From an uncultured Planctomycetota bacterium (lineage in GTDB: Bacteria; Planctomycetota; PLA2; JAEUHO01), in the NCBI GenBank assembly GCA_963752285.1, contig CAVVXN010000005.1, forward strand, positions 1,888,001-1,952,000: a stretch of DNA of 64,000 nucleotides. Direction: 5' to 3'. Below the pieces are notes generated by a model. The model saw nothing but the letters and a program-made list of their open reading frames with translations, was not told the DNA's origin and made no database searches. Positions 42,412 through 50,964 of this stretch are shown in pieces; positions within the stretch are counted from its first letter, which is position 1, and the number at the start of each line of letters is the position of its first letter. Position numbers and translations under genes: made by a program.

Positions 42412-43218
42412 TCACTTCGGGAGGAAGTGCAGCCAGTCCCGGAGCAGGAACTGGGCCCGGCCGATGAAGAGGGACAGGCGCGCCATGACCGTGAAGCCGA
42501 AGGACGCGCCGAACCCGACCATCAGGAACCAGACGCCCAGGCTCGCCGCGAATCCGAACGCGCCCCGGTGAGGCACGGAGAAGAAGAAGTACATCAGGCC
42601 GCAGATCGTCCCGATGATCAGCAGCGGCACGCCGATCTGCCACAGCGGCACGAGCGTGAAGCCGGCGGGAACGCCCGTCCCGTACAGCGCGCTCGCGTAC
42701 TGGATGGGCAGCATGGTGGCGATCTCCAGCTGCGTCGTGATGTTGGCCTGAATCGTCACGGGGATGGCGAGGCCCGACGAGATGCCGATCGTGGCGGCGA
42801 TCGACCAGCGCGACAGCCAGGCCACCTTGGGGAAGATGCGCGTAAGCATGAGGACGCCCAGGATCGCGGGGACCAGCAGCGCCCAGCGGAAGACCACGGC
42901 GCTGCCGAACAGGACGTCGTCCTCGCCGAGCTGGCCGTACACCAGCTTGTCCCAGAACCGCGGTTTCAGGACCTGGAAGGCGTAGTAGACGGCGAAGTAA
43001 CCCATCGCGAGGCCCACCATCATGTGCTCGGCGGCCTTGTAGACGGGATTGTCGCGGTAGAGAAACGAGAGGATGATCAGCGTGAGCCACGCCGCGACCA
43101 CCATTCCCAGCGTCTCCCGGAAGGTCGCCGCGTCGTCGGTCTTCACGGTCGCCGTATACGACCACACGAAGAGACCGAGCAGCACGACCCCGATGGCGAT
43201 CTGCAGCTGACGTTTCAT
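42412..43218 (-). CDS. Hypothetical polytopic membrane protein (GlmL-like module)
   Basis: About 7 TM; SFLYRDNPVYKAAEH..VG..GY; FLMVGFGASFGFTVMAR; ATGA overlap. Confidence 0.85.
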   Translation of the reverse strand: MKRQLQIAIGVVLLGLFVWSYTATVKTDDAATFRETLGMVVAAWLTLIILSFLYRDNPVYKAAEHMMVGLAMGYFAVYYAFQVLKPRFWDKLVYGQLGEDDVLFGSAVVFRWALLVPAILGVLMLTRIFPKVAWLSRWSIAATIGISSGLAIPVTIQANITTQLEIATMLPIQYASALYGTGVPAGFTLVPLWQIGVPLLIIGTICGLMYFFFSVPHRGAFGFAASLGVWFLMVGFGASFGFTVMARLSLFIGRAQFLLRDWLHFLPK

Positions 43219-44126
43219 CGCTCACCTGCCTTCTTGCGACCGAGGAAGAAGCCGAGGTTCCCGAGGACGATCAAGAGGAGGATGTACATGTGCGTGATGG
43301 ACTGGGGATCCATCCCCTCCGCGGCTCGTCCCAGCGGATCCCCGTACCTCTCGTGCACGAGCTCCTCGTACTCGGCGGCGCCTCTCAGGCCCGCGATCAT
43401 CCCCTTCGACTGCAGGGGGATGTAGGGCGTGAAGTCCGCGGCCATGACGTTCGTGACGCCCATGGCGAAGCGCGCGCCGAAGCGCTCGACGGCGTTCGAG
43501 ATCCAACCCTGGGGGATGTTCGTGCCCGAGAGGTCGAGGACGATCTGGAGGTCCTTGTAGTTCTTCACGTTGCGGAAGATCGGCATGTCGTCCAACGGGA
43601 CCCCGCGGACGTCCTTCGGGTAGTTCGCCCGGATGTCCACGCCGATCGACTGGATGACCGCCCCGTAGGGCGTGTTGAACCCGAGGTACGCGTAGTTCAC
43701 GCCCTCCTCGATGCTCGGGGCCCGTCCCGCGGCCACGTCCTCCTGGTTGAACTCCGCGGCCACGGCGTCGAGGAGGTCCCGAGCGAGGCCGGCGCCCGTC
43801 GGCAGGAAGGAGATGACGACGACCTCCCCGTGCCGGTGGAACACGTGTCGGAGCACGGCCTTGGCCATGGGCCCCAGCTCGGCCAGCGTGCCGGGATCGA
43901 AGTCCATCGAGAGGAGCAGCGGCCGCGAGGCAGGGTCGCTCGCCGGCTTCAGCTTCTCGAGCTCGTCGAACACCATCTGCGTGTACCGGGTCGCGCGCAC
44001 CGGGAGGCGCATCGGGTACTTGAGGGGGATCACGGTCGCCAGCGCGACGCCGAGGAACACCCAGCGCCGGTCCATCCGGGACAGGCCGACGACGAACCGG
44101 CCCAGCATCGGCAGGAAGTTCTTCAT
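43215..44126 (-). CDS. Hypothetical membrane-anchored alpha/beta protein (GlmL-like module)
   Basis: N- and C-terminal TM; DRRW, DFDPGT.AEL.P, GMIAGLRGAAEYE, GMDPQS. Confidence 0.85.
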   Translation of the reverse strand: MKNFLPMLGRFVVGLSRMDRRWVFLGVALATVIPLKYPMRLPVRATRYTQMVFDELEKLKPASDPASRPLLLSMDFDPGTLAELGPMAKAVLRHVFHRHGEVVVISFLPTGAGLARDLLDAVAAEFNQEDVAAGRAPSIEEGVNYAYLGFNTPYGAVIQSIGVDIRANYPKDVRGVPLDDMPIFRNVKNYKDLQIVLDLSGTNIPQGWISNAVERFGARFAMGVTNVMAADFTPYIPLQSKGMIAGLRGAAEYEELVHERYGDPLGRAAEGMDPQSITHMYILLLIVLGNLGFFLGRKKAGER

Positions 44127-44128
44127 GG

Positions 44129-44791
44129 CTATCCCCTCCCCACCCAAGTCCGGTCGATGCCGAGCATGAGCTTCAGGGCGGTGGCCGTCATGCCGAGACC
44201 GACTCCGATCATGATGGCGCGCTTCGCCGCCGTGTTGGGGAACTCCATGATCCACTGCTTCGCGTCGGAGATGCCCGGGATCCAGGCCTCACCGAGCGGA
44301 ACGGCGCCGAGCATCACGAGCGCGGCCGCCACGAGCAGGAGCGTCGCCTCGAGGTTCCGCGCGCGGAACGCGCGGAATGCCGCGCTCGCGATGTAGAACG
44401 CGAGCAGGGCGAACATCGTCGCCTCCATCGGCACGAGCCCGTAGTTGAAGAGCCACGTGAAGAGCACGCTGTCCTGGGGGCGGCCCGGCGGGGAGTGGAA
44501 GAGATCCGCGAACGCCCCCGGGAAGAGGCCCGGGAGCATCCCCGGGATGAGGATCACGAAGAACGCGGCGATGGCGAGCAGGTTGTAGCCCCACCCCTTC
44601 GCCTTGCGCCGGAACCGCGCCCAGTGGTGGAGGAGGAACGACAAGATCGCCAGGAAGAACGCGAAGCCCGTGATCACAGGCGTCCAGACGAGGACGAGCT
44701 GGTAGAAGCCGTTCATCCACGGCAGGTAGTACGTGGTGATCATCAGCGTTCCGATGATCAGCGCGATCGCGAGCGGAACGGTGCGTCTCAT
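44129..44791 (-). CDS. Hypothetical polytopic membrane protein (GlmL-like module)
   Basis: 5-6 TM; ATMFALLAFYIASAAFRAFR, PNTAAKRAIMIGVGLG, GIDR. Confidence 0.85.
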   Translation of the reverse strand: MRRTVPLAIALIIGTLMITTYYLPWMNGFYQLVLVWTPVITGFAFFLAILSFLLHHWARFRRKAKGWGYNLLAIAAFFVILIPGMLPGLFPGAFADLFHSPPGRPQDSVLFTWLFNYGLVPMEATMFALLAFYIASAAFRAFRARNLEATLLLVAAALVMLGAVPLGEAWIPGISDAKQWIMEFPNTAAKRAIMIGVGLGMTATALKLMLGIDRTWVGRG

Positions 44792-46140
44792 TGCCCCACC
44801 TTGAAGAGCGTTTCGGGGAGGTCCAGGATCCGGTGATCCCAGTCACCGGGGCTCCGGAACGCCGCGTAGACGAAGAACCCCACGGAGAGCAGGACCATGG
44901 CGGCGATGACGATCGCCTTGTTCCAGTCCTGACCTTTCAGGCCGCCCGTGAGCTTGGGGTCGCCGCCCATGTAGGCGCCCGCGGCGTAGAGCTCCTCGCC
45001 GATGAGCGTGTAGTCGCACGCCACGATGAAGAACGGGAGCTGGGTCACGGCGTCCGTCCCGGCGATCTGGATCGCGCCGGTGAGGTTGCCCGTCTCGGCG
45101 AGGAGGAGGGACTCGGCGTAGAACATGCCGAGGAAGAAGTTGGTGGCCGGCTTGTCGCGCACCATGATCCCGTTGACGGCGGCGGCGTACGCGAACTGAC
45201 GAGCGGAGAGGTAGAAGACGTTGTCGTCCGAGTACGCGTCCGGGCGGCCGGCCTTCAGGAACGACTCCCTCACGACCTCCTGCGCGACGGTGAACACGAT
45301 CGGGTCGTAGTTGGGAACGACCAGCTTGCTGTCGTACCGCGCGGCCTTCTCGGCGACCGCGCCGAGGATGCTGAGCGCCGCGAGGGTGGCCACGTCCTCG
45401 ATCGTCGAGATCCCGGGGACGAAGAGGATGGGTTTCCCCATCTCCGTGGAGCGCCCGATCGCCTCCTCGACCGCCTGGATCGCCGGGATGGGTCGGACGT
45501 AGATCTTGCTGTTCCGCTTGAGGATGGGGATCGCGAGCGCGAGGAGCGGAAGGAGGGCCACGATGGCCGCCTTCACGCCCGCGTACGACTCCCCCGCCGC
45601 GAGGATGATGAGCGCGAAGACGAGGCCGAGGGCGACGTAGCCGAGCAGGAAGGGGACGGACACGCGCCGGCCGGCCGCCCAGATCCACCCGAGGATCAAG
45701 GACGTGAAGAGGAACACGAAGACGAGGCTCTTGAACTTCGGGCTGTCGAACGCGTTCGGCTCCGCGACCGCCTCCGTGTCGGCGACGGCACGCGTCCCTT
45801 CGAGGACGGACCCCGGCGACCCGGCGAGCGAGGACACCGCGTAGAACCAGGTGTCGGTCCCCGCCGACCCGTCGAGGTAGGCGTGCGTCGCGCGGTCCAC
45901 GTCGGTGACACGCGTCCAGGGCCCGTCCGCCGCCGGTCCGCGGGAGATCCGGTAGCCCTGGAAGCCCGGCGAGGACTCCTCCTTCGACGCGCCCCACTTC
46001 ACCTGGATCGTCCCGCCGCCCCAGTCGTACGGGTAGTCCACGGCGCTCACGCGGGAGGGCGGCGCCGGGCCTTGCTCCTGCGCGAGGGCGGGCGGCGCGA
46101 AGAGCACCGCCAGCAACAGCACGGGCCACCAACGTCTCAT
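44788..46140 (-). CDS. Fibronectin type III plus DUF6754-like membrane protein
   Basis: Signal peptide; FN3-like (V.W..GYRISR..YLD..YAV); 3 TM; EAIGRSTEMGKP, QFAYAA, AESLLLAETG, DYTLIGEELYAAGAY. Confidence 0.8.
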   Translation of the reverse strand: MRRWWPVLLLAVLFAPPALAQEQGPAPPSRVSAVDYPYDWGGGTIQVKWGASKEESSPGFQGYRISRGPAADGPWTRVTDVDRATHAYLDGSAGTDTWFYAVSSLAGSPGSVLEGTRAVADTEAVAEPNAFDSPKFKSLVFVFLFTSLILGWIWAAGRRVSVPFLLGYVALGLVFALIILAAGESYAGVKAAIVALLPLLALAIPILKRNSKIYVRPIPAIQAVEEAIGRSTEMGKPILFVPGISTIEDVATLAALSILGAVAEKAARYDSKLVVPNYDPIVFTVAQEVVRESFLKAGRPDAYSDDNVFYLSARQFAYAAAVNGIMVRDKPATNFFLGMFYAESLLLAETGNLTGAIQIAGTDAVTQLPFFIVACDYTLIGEELYAAGAYMGGDPKLTGGLKGQDWNKAIVIAAMVLLSVGFFVYAAFRSPGDWDHRILDLPETLFKVGQ

Positions 46141-46177
46141 GGCGCCCTCCCTCCGGGGGACCCGCCCGCGCGAGCCC

Positions 46178-47305
46178 TCACGACTCGATCATCTCTACGT
46201 TCGCGCGCGGAAGCATGTACTCCTTCCCGGAGTCGAGCTTCACTTGGAGCACGCGCACCTTCGTCTCGCACTCCATCTCATGGAGCTCGTGCGGCAGCCC
46301 GGTCACGTGACCGAGCTCTCCGAAGTTGGGCTCTCGGATGATGCGCACGCGCGAACCCTCGCGGAGGCCCATCGTGAGCGCCTCGCCCCCCATCGCCTCC
46401 GGCCGGGCGCGGTCGAGCTTCGGGATCACGATCTCGGGGCGGATCACGCCCGCACGGATCTGGGTCGCCCCGTTGATCGAGGCGCGGAGCCCCTGGTTCT
46501 CCCTCAGGAGGTCGAAGGTGCGCTGGGCCATCGCGATCTCGCCGAAGCCCTCGGTCAGGACCAGCGTGACGCCGATGTCCTCGTGCCCCGTGATCGCCAC
46601 GCCGAGGTCGTGCCCGAGGAGCGTCTTCAGGTCGCGGTCGTCGAACCCGCCGCAGATGAGACCGCGGACGCCCGCCGCCTTCGCCTTCTCGATCGCCTCC
46701 ATCGTGAGGCGGCGGCCACCGACCAGGAGCTCGCCCTCGGCCCGGGCGGGGATCCGGGCGGCCGTCAGGTCGTCGCCGGGACCGTCCACCACCGTCCTCA
46801 GCGTCCCGCTCGTCTCGCCGCCGACGCCGAAGATGCCCTGGATGAAGGTGCCCCACGTCTCGATCGTGGCGCCCTCCTGCTCGTGCACCTCGGAGACGAC
46901 CCCGTCCACGTACGCGAGGACCTCGACGGGCACCGGCGGCTCCCGGAGCAGCACCTGTCCCGTCACCTTGGAGAGCGTCTCGATCGTGCCCGTGATCGGC
47001 GACTCACAGGTACTCGTGAACAGGCCGAAGAACGACTTCGACTCCGCGATCACCTCGCCCTTCTCGACCTCCTGGCCCTCCGTCTTCTTCATGTACCGGC
47101 CGAGGTCGGAAGCCTCGATCGAGAGGCGGTGCGCGACGTTCACCGAGTGGACGTCGCCGGGGAGCTTGGTCCGCGCGATGACCTGGTCGTGCTTCACGGC
47201 GTCGCCGGCCCTCACGAGCACCTCGCCGAGGAGCGGCAACCGCCGCTCCTTCACGAGGAGCGTGAACTCGGAGACGCGCAGTCCGGGCGTGTAGGCGTGG
47301 CCCAT
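46178..47305 (-). CDS. Hypothetical protein with barrel-sandwich-hybrid repeats and C-terminal KOW/SH3-like domain
   Basis: MGHAYTPGL; GDAVKHDQVIA, GQEVEKGEVIA..SPITGTI; QGIFGVGGE; TEGFG; GATQIRAGVIRPE; GSRVRIIREP.FG. Confidence 0.85.
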   Translation of the reverse strand: MGHAYTPGLRVSEFTLLVKERRLPLLGEVLVRAGDAVKHDQVIARTKLPGDVHSVNVAHRLSIEASDLGRYMKKTEGQEVEKGEVIAESKSFFGLFTSTCESPITGTIETLSKVTGQVLLREPPVPVEVLAYVDGVVSEVHEQEGATIETWGTFIQGIFGVGGETSGTLRTVVDGPGDDLTAARIPARAEGELLVGGRRLTMEAIEKAKAAGVRGLICGGFDDRDLKTLLGHDLGVAITGHEDIGVTLVLTEGFGEIAMAQRTFDLLRENQGLRASINGATQIRAGVIRPEIVIPKLDRARPEAMGGEALTMGLREGSRVRIIREPNFGELGHVTGLPHELHEMECETKVRVLQVKLDSGKEYMLPRANVEMIES

Positions 47306-47369
47306 GTCGGTCCTCGTCCTCTCGGAAGAGCGCGGGCCCCTCGTGGACCGCGCGCCGCGCAATCGATCC

Positions 47370-49233
47370 CTACGACTCGAGCTTCGGGTACGCGTCGAGC
47401 GCCTTCGTCCAGCGTCCGATCCACCCCACCCGCTCGGCGGGGTCCTCGGGAATCGTGAAGGGCCGCCGGCCGCGGCAGTCCACGACGATCCCGGTCACGC
47501 CGCCCTCCATCTCCACCTCGACTTCCTTCCCGGGGCCCGCGCCCACGTCGAAGCCGCGCTGCGGCCTGAGCACGCCCTTCGCCTTCGCGTCCCCGTACGG
47601 GAAGGGGAACACGCGGGTGTCCCCGTACGAGAAGGTCTCCCTGATCGGCGATCCGCCCGGCACGTCGATCTCGACTTCGAGGCAGGGCTTGCCCGGCTTC
47701 CCGCTCCCGACCGGCGCGATCACCGTGCCGAGCTGGATCAGGCAGTCCTTGTGGAAGACCTCGACGGCGGCGCGTTTCGCCGACTCCTCGATGCCCTCCG
47801 TGTCCACGGCCGACAGCACGCCGAGCTGCGGCATCATGAAGATGGAGTCCACCGCGATCCGCGTCACGCCCTCGGGCAGGAACGCGTCGATCAGCATCAT
47901 GGCCGCCTGCGCGCGCCGAGGGGCATGGGAGAGGACGCCGCCCGAACCGACCAGGAGGTCGAGCTTCATGAGGTCGACGAGGGTCTTCCCCGACCCCGAC
48001 TGCTTGAACGTGTCGGCGATCGTGCGCGTCTGCTGCACGCCCTTGAGCCCCACCGCGAGCTCCTTGTGCTGGATGAAGGCGAGGCGCAGCGCTTCGCGCG
48101 CGATCGCCTGCTCCACCATGAGCTCCTGGAGGGTCTGCGGGATGGTGGTCGGCCGGATCATCTTGTTCCGGATCCGGTTGCTCAGGTCGCGCTCGTCGAT
48201 CTCGAAGGGGACCCAGCGGAGGATGTTCGCGAGGCCCGCCTCGGCCAGCACGTTCGAGACCGAGTAGCTCATGCCGAGGTTCGCCGAGACGGTGCGGTTG
48301 AAGATCTCCTGCTTCACCCCCTTCTCGTCCTCGGTCGCCAGACGGAGAAGACGTCGGTCGTGGCGCCGCCGATGTCGACGCCGACCACGCTGATGCTCTG
48401 GAGGTGCGCGATCGTCTGGATGATGAGCCCGACCGCGCCCGGGGTGGGCATGATCGGCACCTCGGTCCAGTTCATCAGCTTCTTGTAGCCGGGGGCGTGC
48501 GCCATCACGTGCTCCATGAACAGCTCGTGGATCGCGTCGCGCGCGGGCTTCAGGTTCTCGCGCTCGAGTACGGGCCGCAGGTTGTCCACGATCGTCAGCG
48601 CGCACTTCGCCTCGAGCAGGTCGCGGATGTTCTGGCGCGCGTCCTTGTTGCCGGCGTAGATGATCGGCAGCTTGTACTGTGCGCCGAGGCGCGCCTGCGG
48701 GCGCGCGGCGGAGACGAGCTCCGCGATCTCGACGACCTTGTCCACCGTCCCGCCGTCGGTGCCGCCGGAGAGCAGGATCATGTCGGGCCGGAGCTGGCGG
48801 ATCCGCTCGATCGTTCGTGGGGACGGCGGCCGTCGTTGGTCGCGAGCACGTCCATGACGATCGCGCCGGCGCCGAGCGCCGCCCGCTCGGCCGTCTCGCC
48901 GGTCATCTGCTTGACCACGCCCGCGACCATCATCTGGAGCCCGCCGCCCGCCGACGAGGTCGAGACGTAGAGGTCCACCCCCTCGCCGTCCTTCTCGGGG
49001 CTGATGATTCGTTCGCCGTCGAGGATCTTGCGGCCGGCGAGCTCCTCGACCTCGCCCACGGCGTTCAGGACGCCGCGGGTCACGTCCTCGAACGGCGCCT
49101 CGACCGTGGTCGGCGCCTCGCCGCGGACCACGAGGCGGTACCCGTCCTCCTGCTTCTCGATCAGGATCGCCTTCGTGGTCGTGGAGCCGCAGTCGGTGGC
49201 GAGGATGCTCCGGAGCTCGGTCGGTCCGCTCAT
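47370..49233 (-). pseudogene. glmL: GlmL/MutL-like ASKHA (actin-fold) ATPase, about 621 aa, split by two 1-nt frameshifts (pseudogene or sequencing error)
   Basis: TDCGSTTTKA, SSAGGGL, LLSGGTDGG, MPTPGAV, DIGGATTDVFS, GSGGVLSH spread over three frames; adding 1 nt near 48812 and 1 nt near 48339 gives one continuous 1866-nt ORF. Confidence 0.8.
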
Positions 49234-49667
49234 GCGCTGCCTCCGCCGGCGCGATCGACCCGCGCGGCCTTGATCGCCCGCCACCTCGCGCGGGCCTCCC
49301 GGCGCCTCGCCTTCGCGGCCCTCCGCTCGGCTCGGCGGCGGTCCTGCTCTTCCTGGCTCTCGCGCTCGATCGTCACGATCAGGCGCTCGACGTTGTCGCG
49401 GTTCTCCAGGAGCTCGGCGAAGCGCCGGTAGATGGCGTGGGAGTAGCCCGGGCCGGCGAAGCCCTGTAGGAACGGCTCGAACACGTGGACGATCGGGCTC
49501 GCGGCGACCATCGCCTGCGAGCCCAGGAACGAGAGGGGCCGGTGCGACTCGAGGAAGAGGATCGCCGGCGCCGTCAGGCGACGGGCGACGACCCAGGTCG
49601 CCAGCCGGTCGAAGATCTGCTGGTCGGTCAGATCCTCCGGGGGGGTCGGGTCCGGCTTCTCGGTCAT
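49230..49667 (-). CDS. Hypothetical small helical protein (GlmL-like module)
   Basis: PAILFLESHRPLSFLGSQ..LLENRDNVERLI..IE; ATGA overlaps on both sides. Confidence 0.8.
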   Translation of the reverse strand: MTEKPDPTPPEDLTDQQIFDRLATWVVARRLTAPAILFLESHRPLSFLGSQAMVAASPIVHVFEPFLQGFAGPGYSHAIYRRFAELLENRDNVERLIVTIERESQEEQDRRRAERRAAKARRREARARWRAIKAARVDRAGGGSA

Positions 49668-50098
49668 GCCCGCTCGGTCTTCGGTTGGAGCCGCCGCTCC
49701 AGGTACGCGAGGACCCGGTCCCGGTCGGGGGCGTCGAACCGCAGGTTGAGGCCGTGGAGCCTGTCGAGACGGGACGGCCGGTCGAACGGGGAGAGCAGGG
49801 CCCCGTACCGATCCGCCTGCCACCGCCGGTAGAGGTCCCAGGGCTTCTCGCGGGTGCCGAACGGGGTCCGGATGGACACGGTATCTTGCGTCATCCGATA
49901 GCGCGTCGGCAGGTAAAACGGGGACAGCGAGACGGCCAGCACGACCGCGGAGAGCGCCGTCATGAGCGCGTCGTGGAAGGCCGCGGCAATGCCCGCCACG
50001 AGCAGGACGAGGAACGCGGTCAGCAGCGCGCCCGTGACGGGTCGATGACGGACGGGGTGACACACCCACTCGATCGCCTCCGGTTCTTCGGACCCCAC
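49664..50098 (-). CDS. Hypothetical 2-TM protein with C-terminal beta (PH-like) domain
   Basis: W..HP, two TM helices, FYLPTRY, LLSPFDRPSRLDRLHGL; GTG start inferred. Confidence 0.75.
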   Translation of the reverse strand: MGSEEPEAIEWVCHPVRHRPVTGALLTAFLVLLVAGIAAAFHDALMTALSAVVLAVSLSPFYLPTRYRMTQDTVSIRTPFGTREKPWDLYRRWQADRYGALLSPFDRPSRLDRLHGLNLRFDAPDRDRVLAYLERRLQPKTERA

Positions 50099-50204
50099 CG
50101 CCCGCGCGCCTCCTCCACCACGTCCCGCTCGAGGGGCGGACCCTATCCGGGGCTCGCCGCCGGCGTCAACTCGTGCCAGGACCGGACCGTAGGATCGCCG
50201 TCCG

Positions 50205-50900
50205 ATGGAGATCCGCCTCCTCCCCGACCGCGTGCTCGAGACGTGCAGGACCCTCGAGAGCCGGATCGAGGAGCGGTTCCCGGGCTCGGGGCTGGCCGAG
50301 GTCGCCGCCGACCTCCGCCGGATCGCGGCCGAGGTGCCCGAGCGGGCCGCGGCCATCCGGCGCCCGCGCGCGGGTCTCCGACTCGTGGTCGCGCTGGTGT
50401 TCGCGGCCTCCGTCGGGGTGCTCGCGTACGCCGCGGTCGGGCTCCGCTTCGGGATCCCGGACGGGTGGGAGGCGATCCAGACGGCGGAGGCCTTCATCTC
50501 GGCGGTCGTGTTCCTCGGCGCCGCAACGCTGTTCCTCCTGACGCTCGAGAAGCGGTCGAAGCGGCGGGACCTCCTCGCCGCGATCGAGCCGCTCCGCCTG
50601 CTCGTCCACATCGTGGACATGCACCAGCTGACGAAGGACCCGGAGCGCGCGCGGCCGCGCGGGCCCACGACGCCGTCGTCCCCCCAGGTCGGCCTCGACG
50701 CCCACGCGCTCTCACGCTACCTCGTGTACTGCTCCGAGCTCCTCGCGCTGATCGGGAAGCTCGCCGTCCTCTACGGACAGGGCTTCGACGACGCGCAGGT
50801 CCTCGACGCGGTGGACGACATCACCGACCTGACGATCGCGCTCCACCGGAACATCTGGCAGAAGCTCGTGATCCTGGATCGGCGGGCGGAGCCGACGTAG
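50205..50900 (+). CDS. Hypothetical 2-TM membrane protein
   Basis: RIEERFPGSGL, two TM, HIVDMHQLTKDP, RYLVYCSELL, NIWQK; good codon bias. Confidence 0.8.
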   Translation: MEIRLLPDRVLETCRTLESRIEERFPGSGLAEVAADLRRIAAEVPERAAAIRRPRAGLRLVVALVFAASVGVLAYAAVGLRFGIPDGWEAIQTAEAFISAVVFLGAATLFLLTLEKRSKRRDLLAAIEPLRLLVHIVDMHQLTKDPERARPRGPTTPSSPQVGLDAHALSRYLVYCSELLALIGKLAVLYGQGFDDAQVLDAVDDITDLTIALHRNIWQKLVILDRRAEPT

Positions 50901-50964
50901 ACCGGCGGTCGGGCGTCGGGGGGCGCGGGGGCCGGACGCGCGGCGGGCGCCCGGGACCGCACGG

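Noticed and set aside
47370..49233. Calling the cluster a glutamate/methylaspartate mutase pathway, or the gene a DNA-repair MutL
   Set aside because: No GlmS (DxHxxG B12-binding), GlmE or methylaspartase in the window; motifs are ASKHA, not the GHKL type of mismatch-repair MutL
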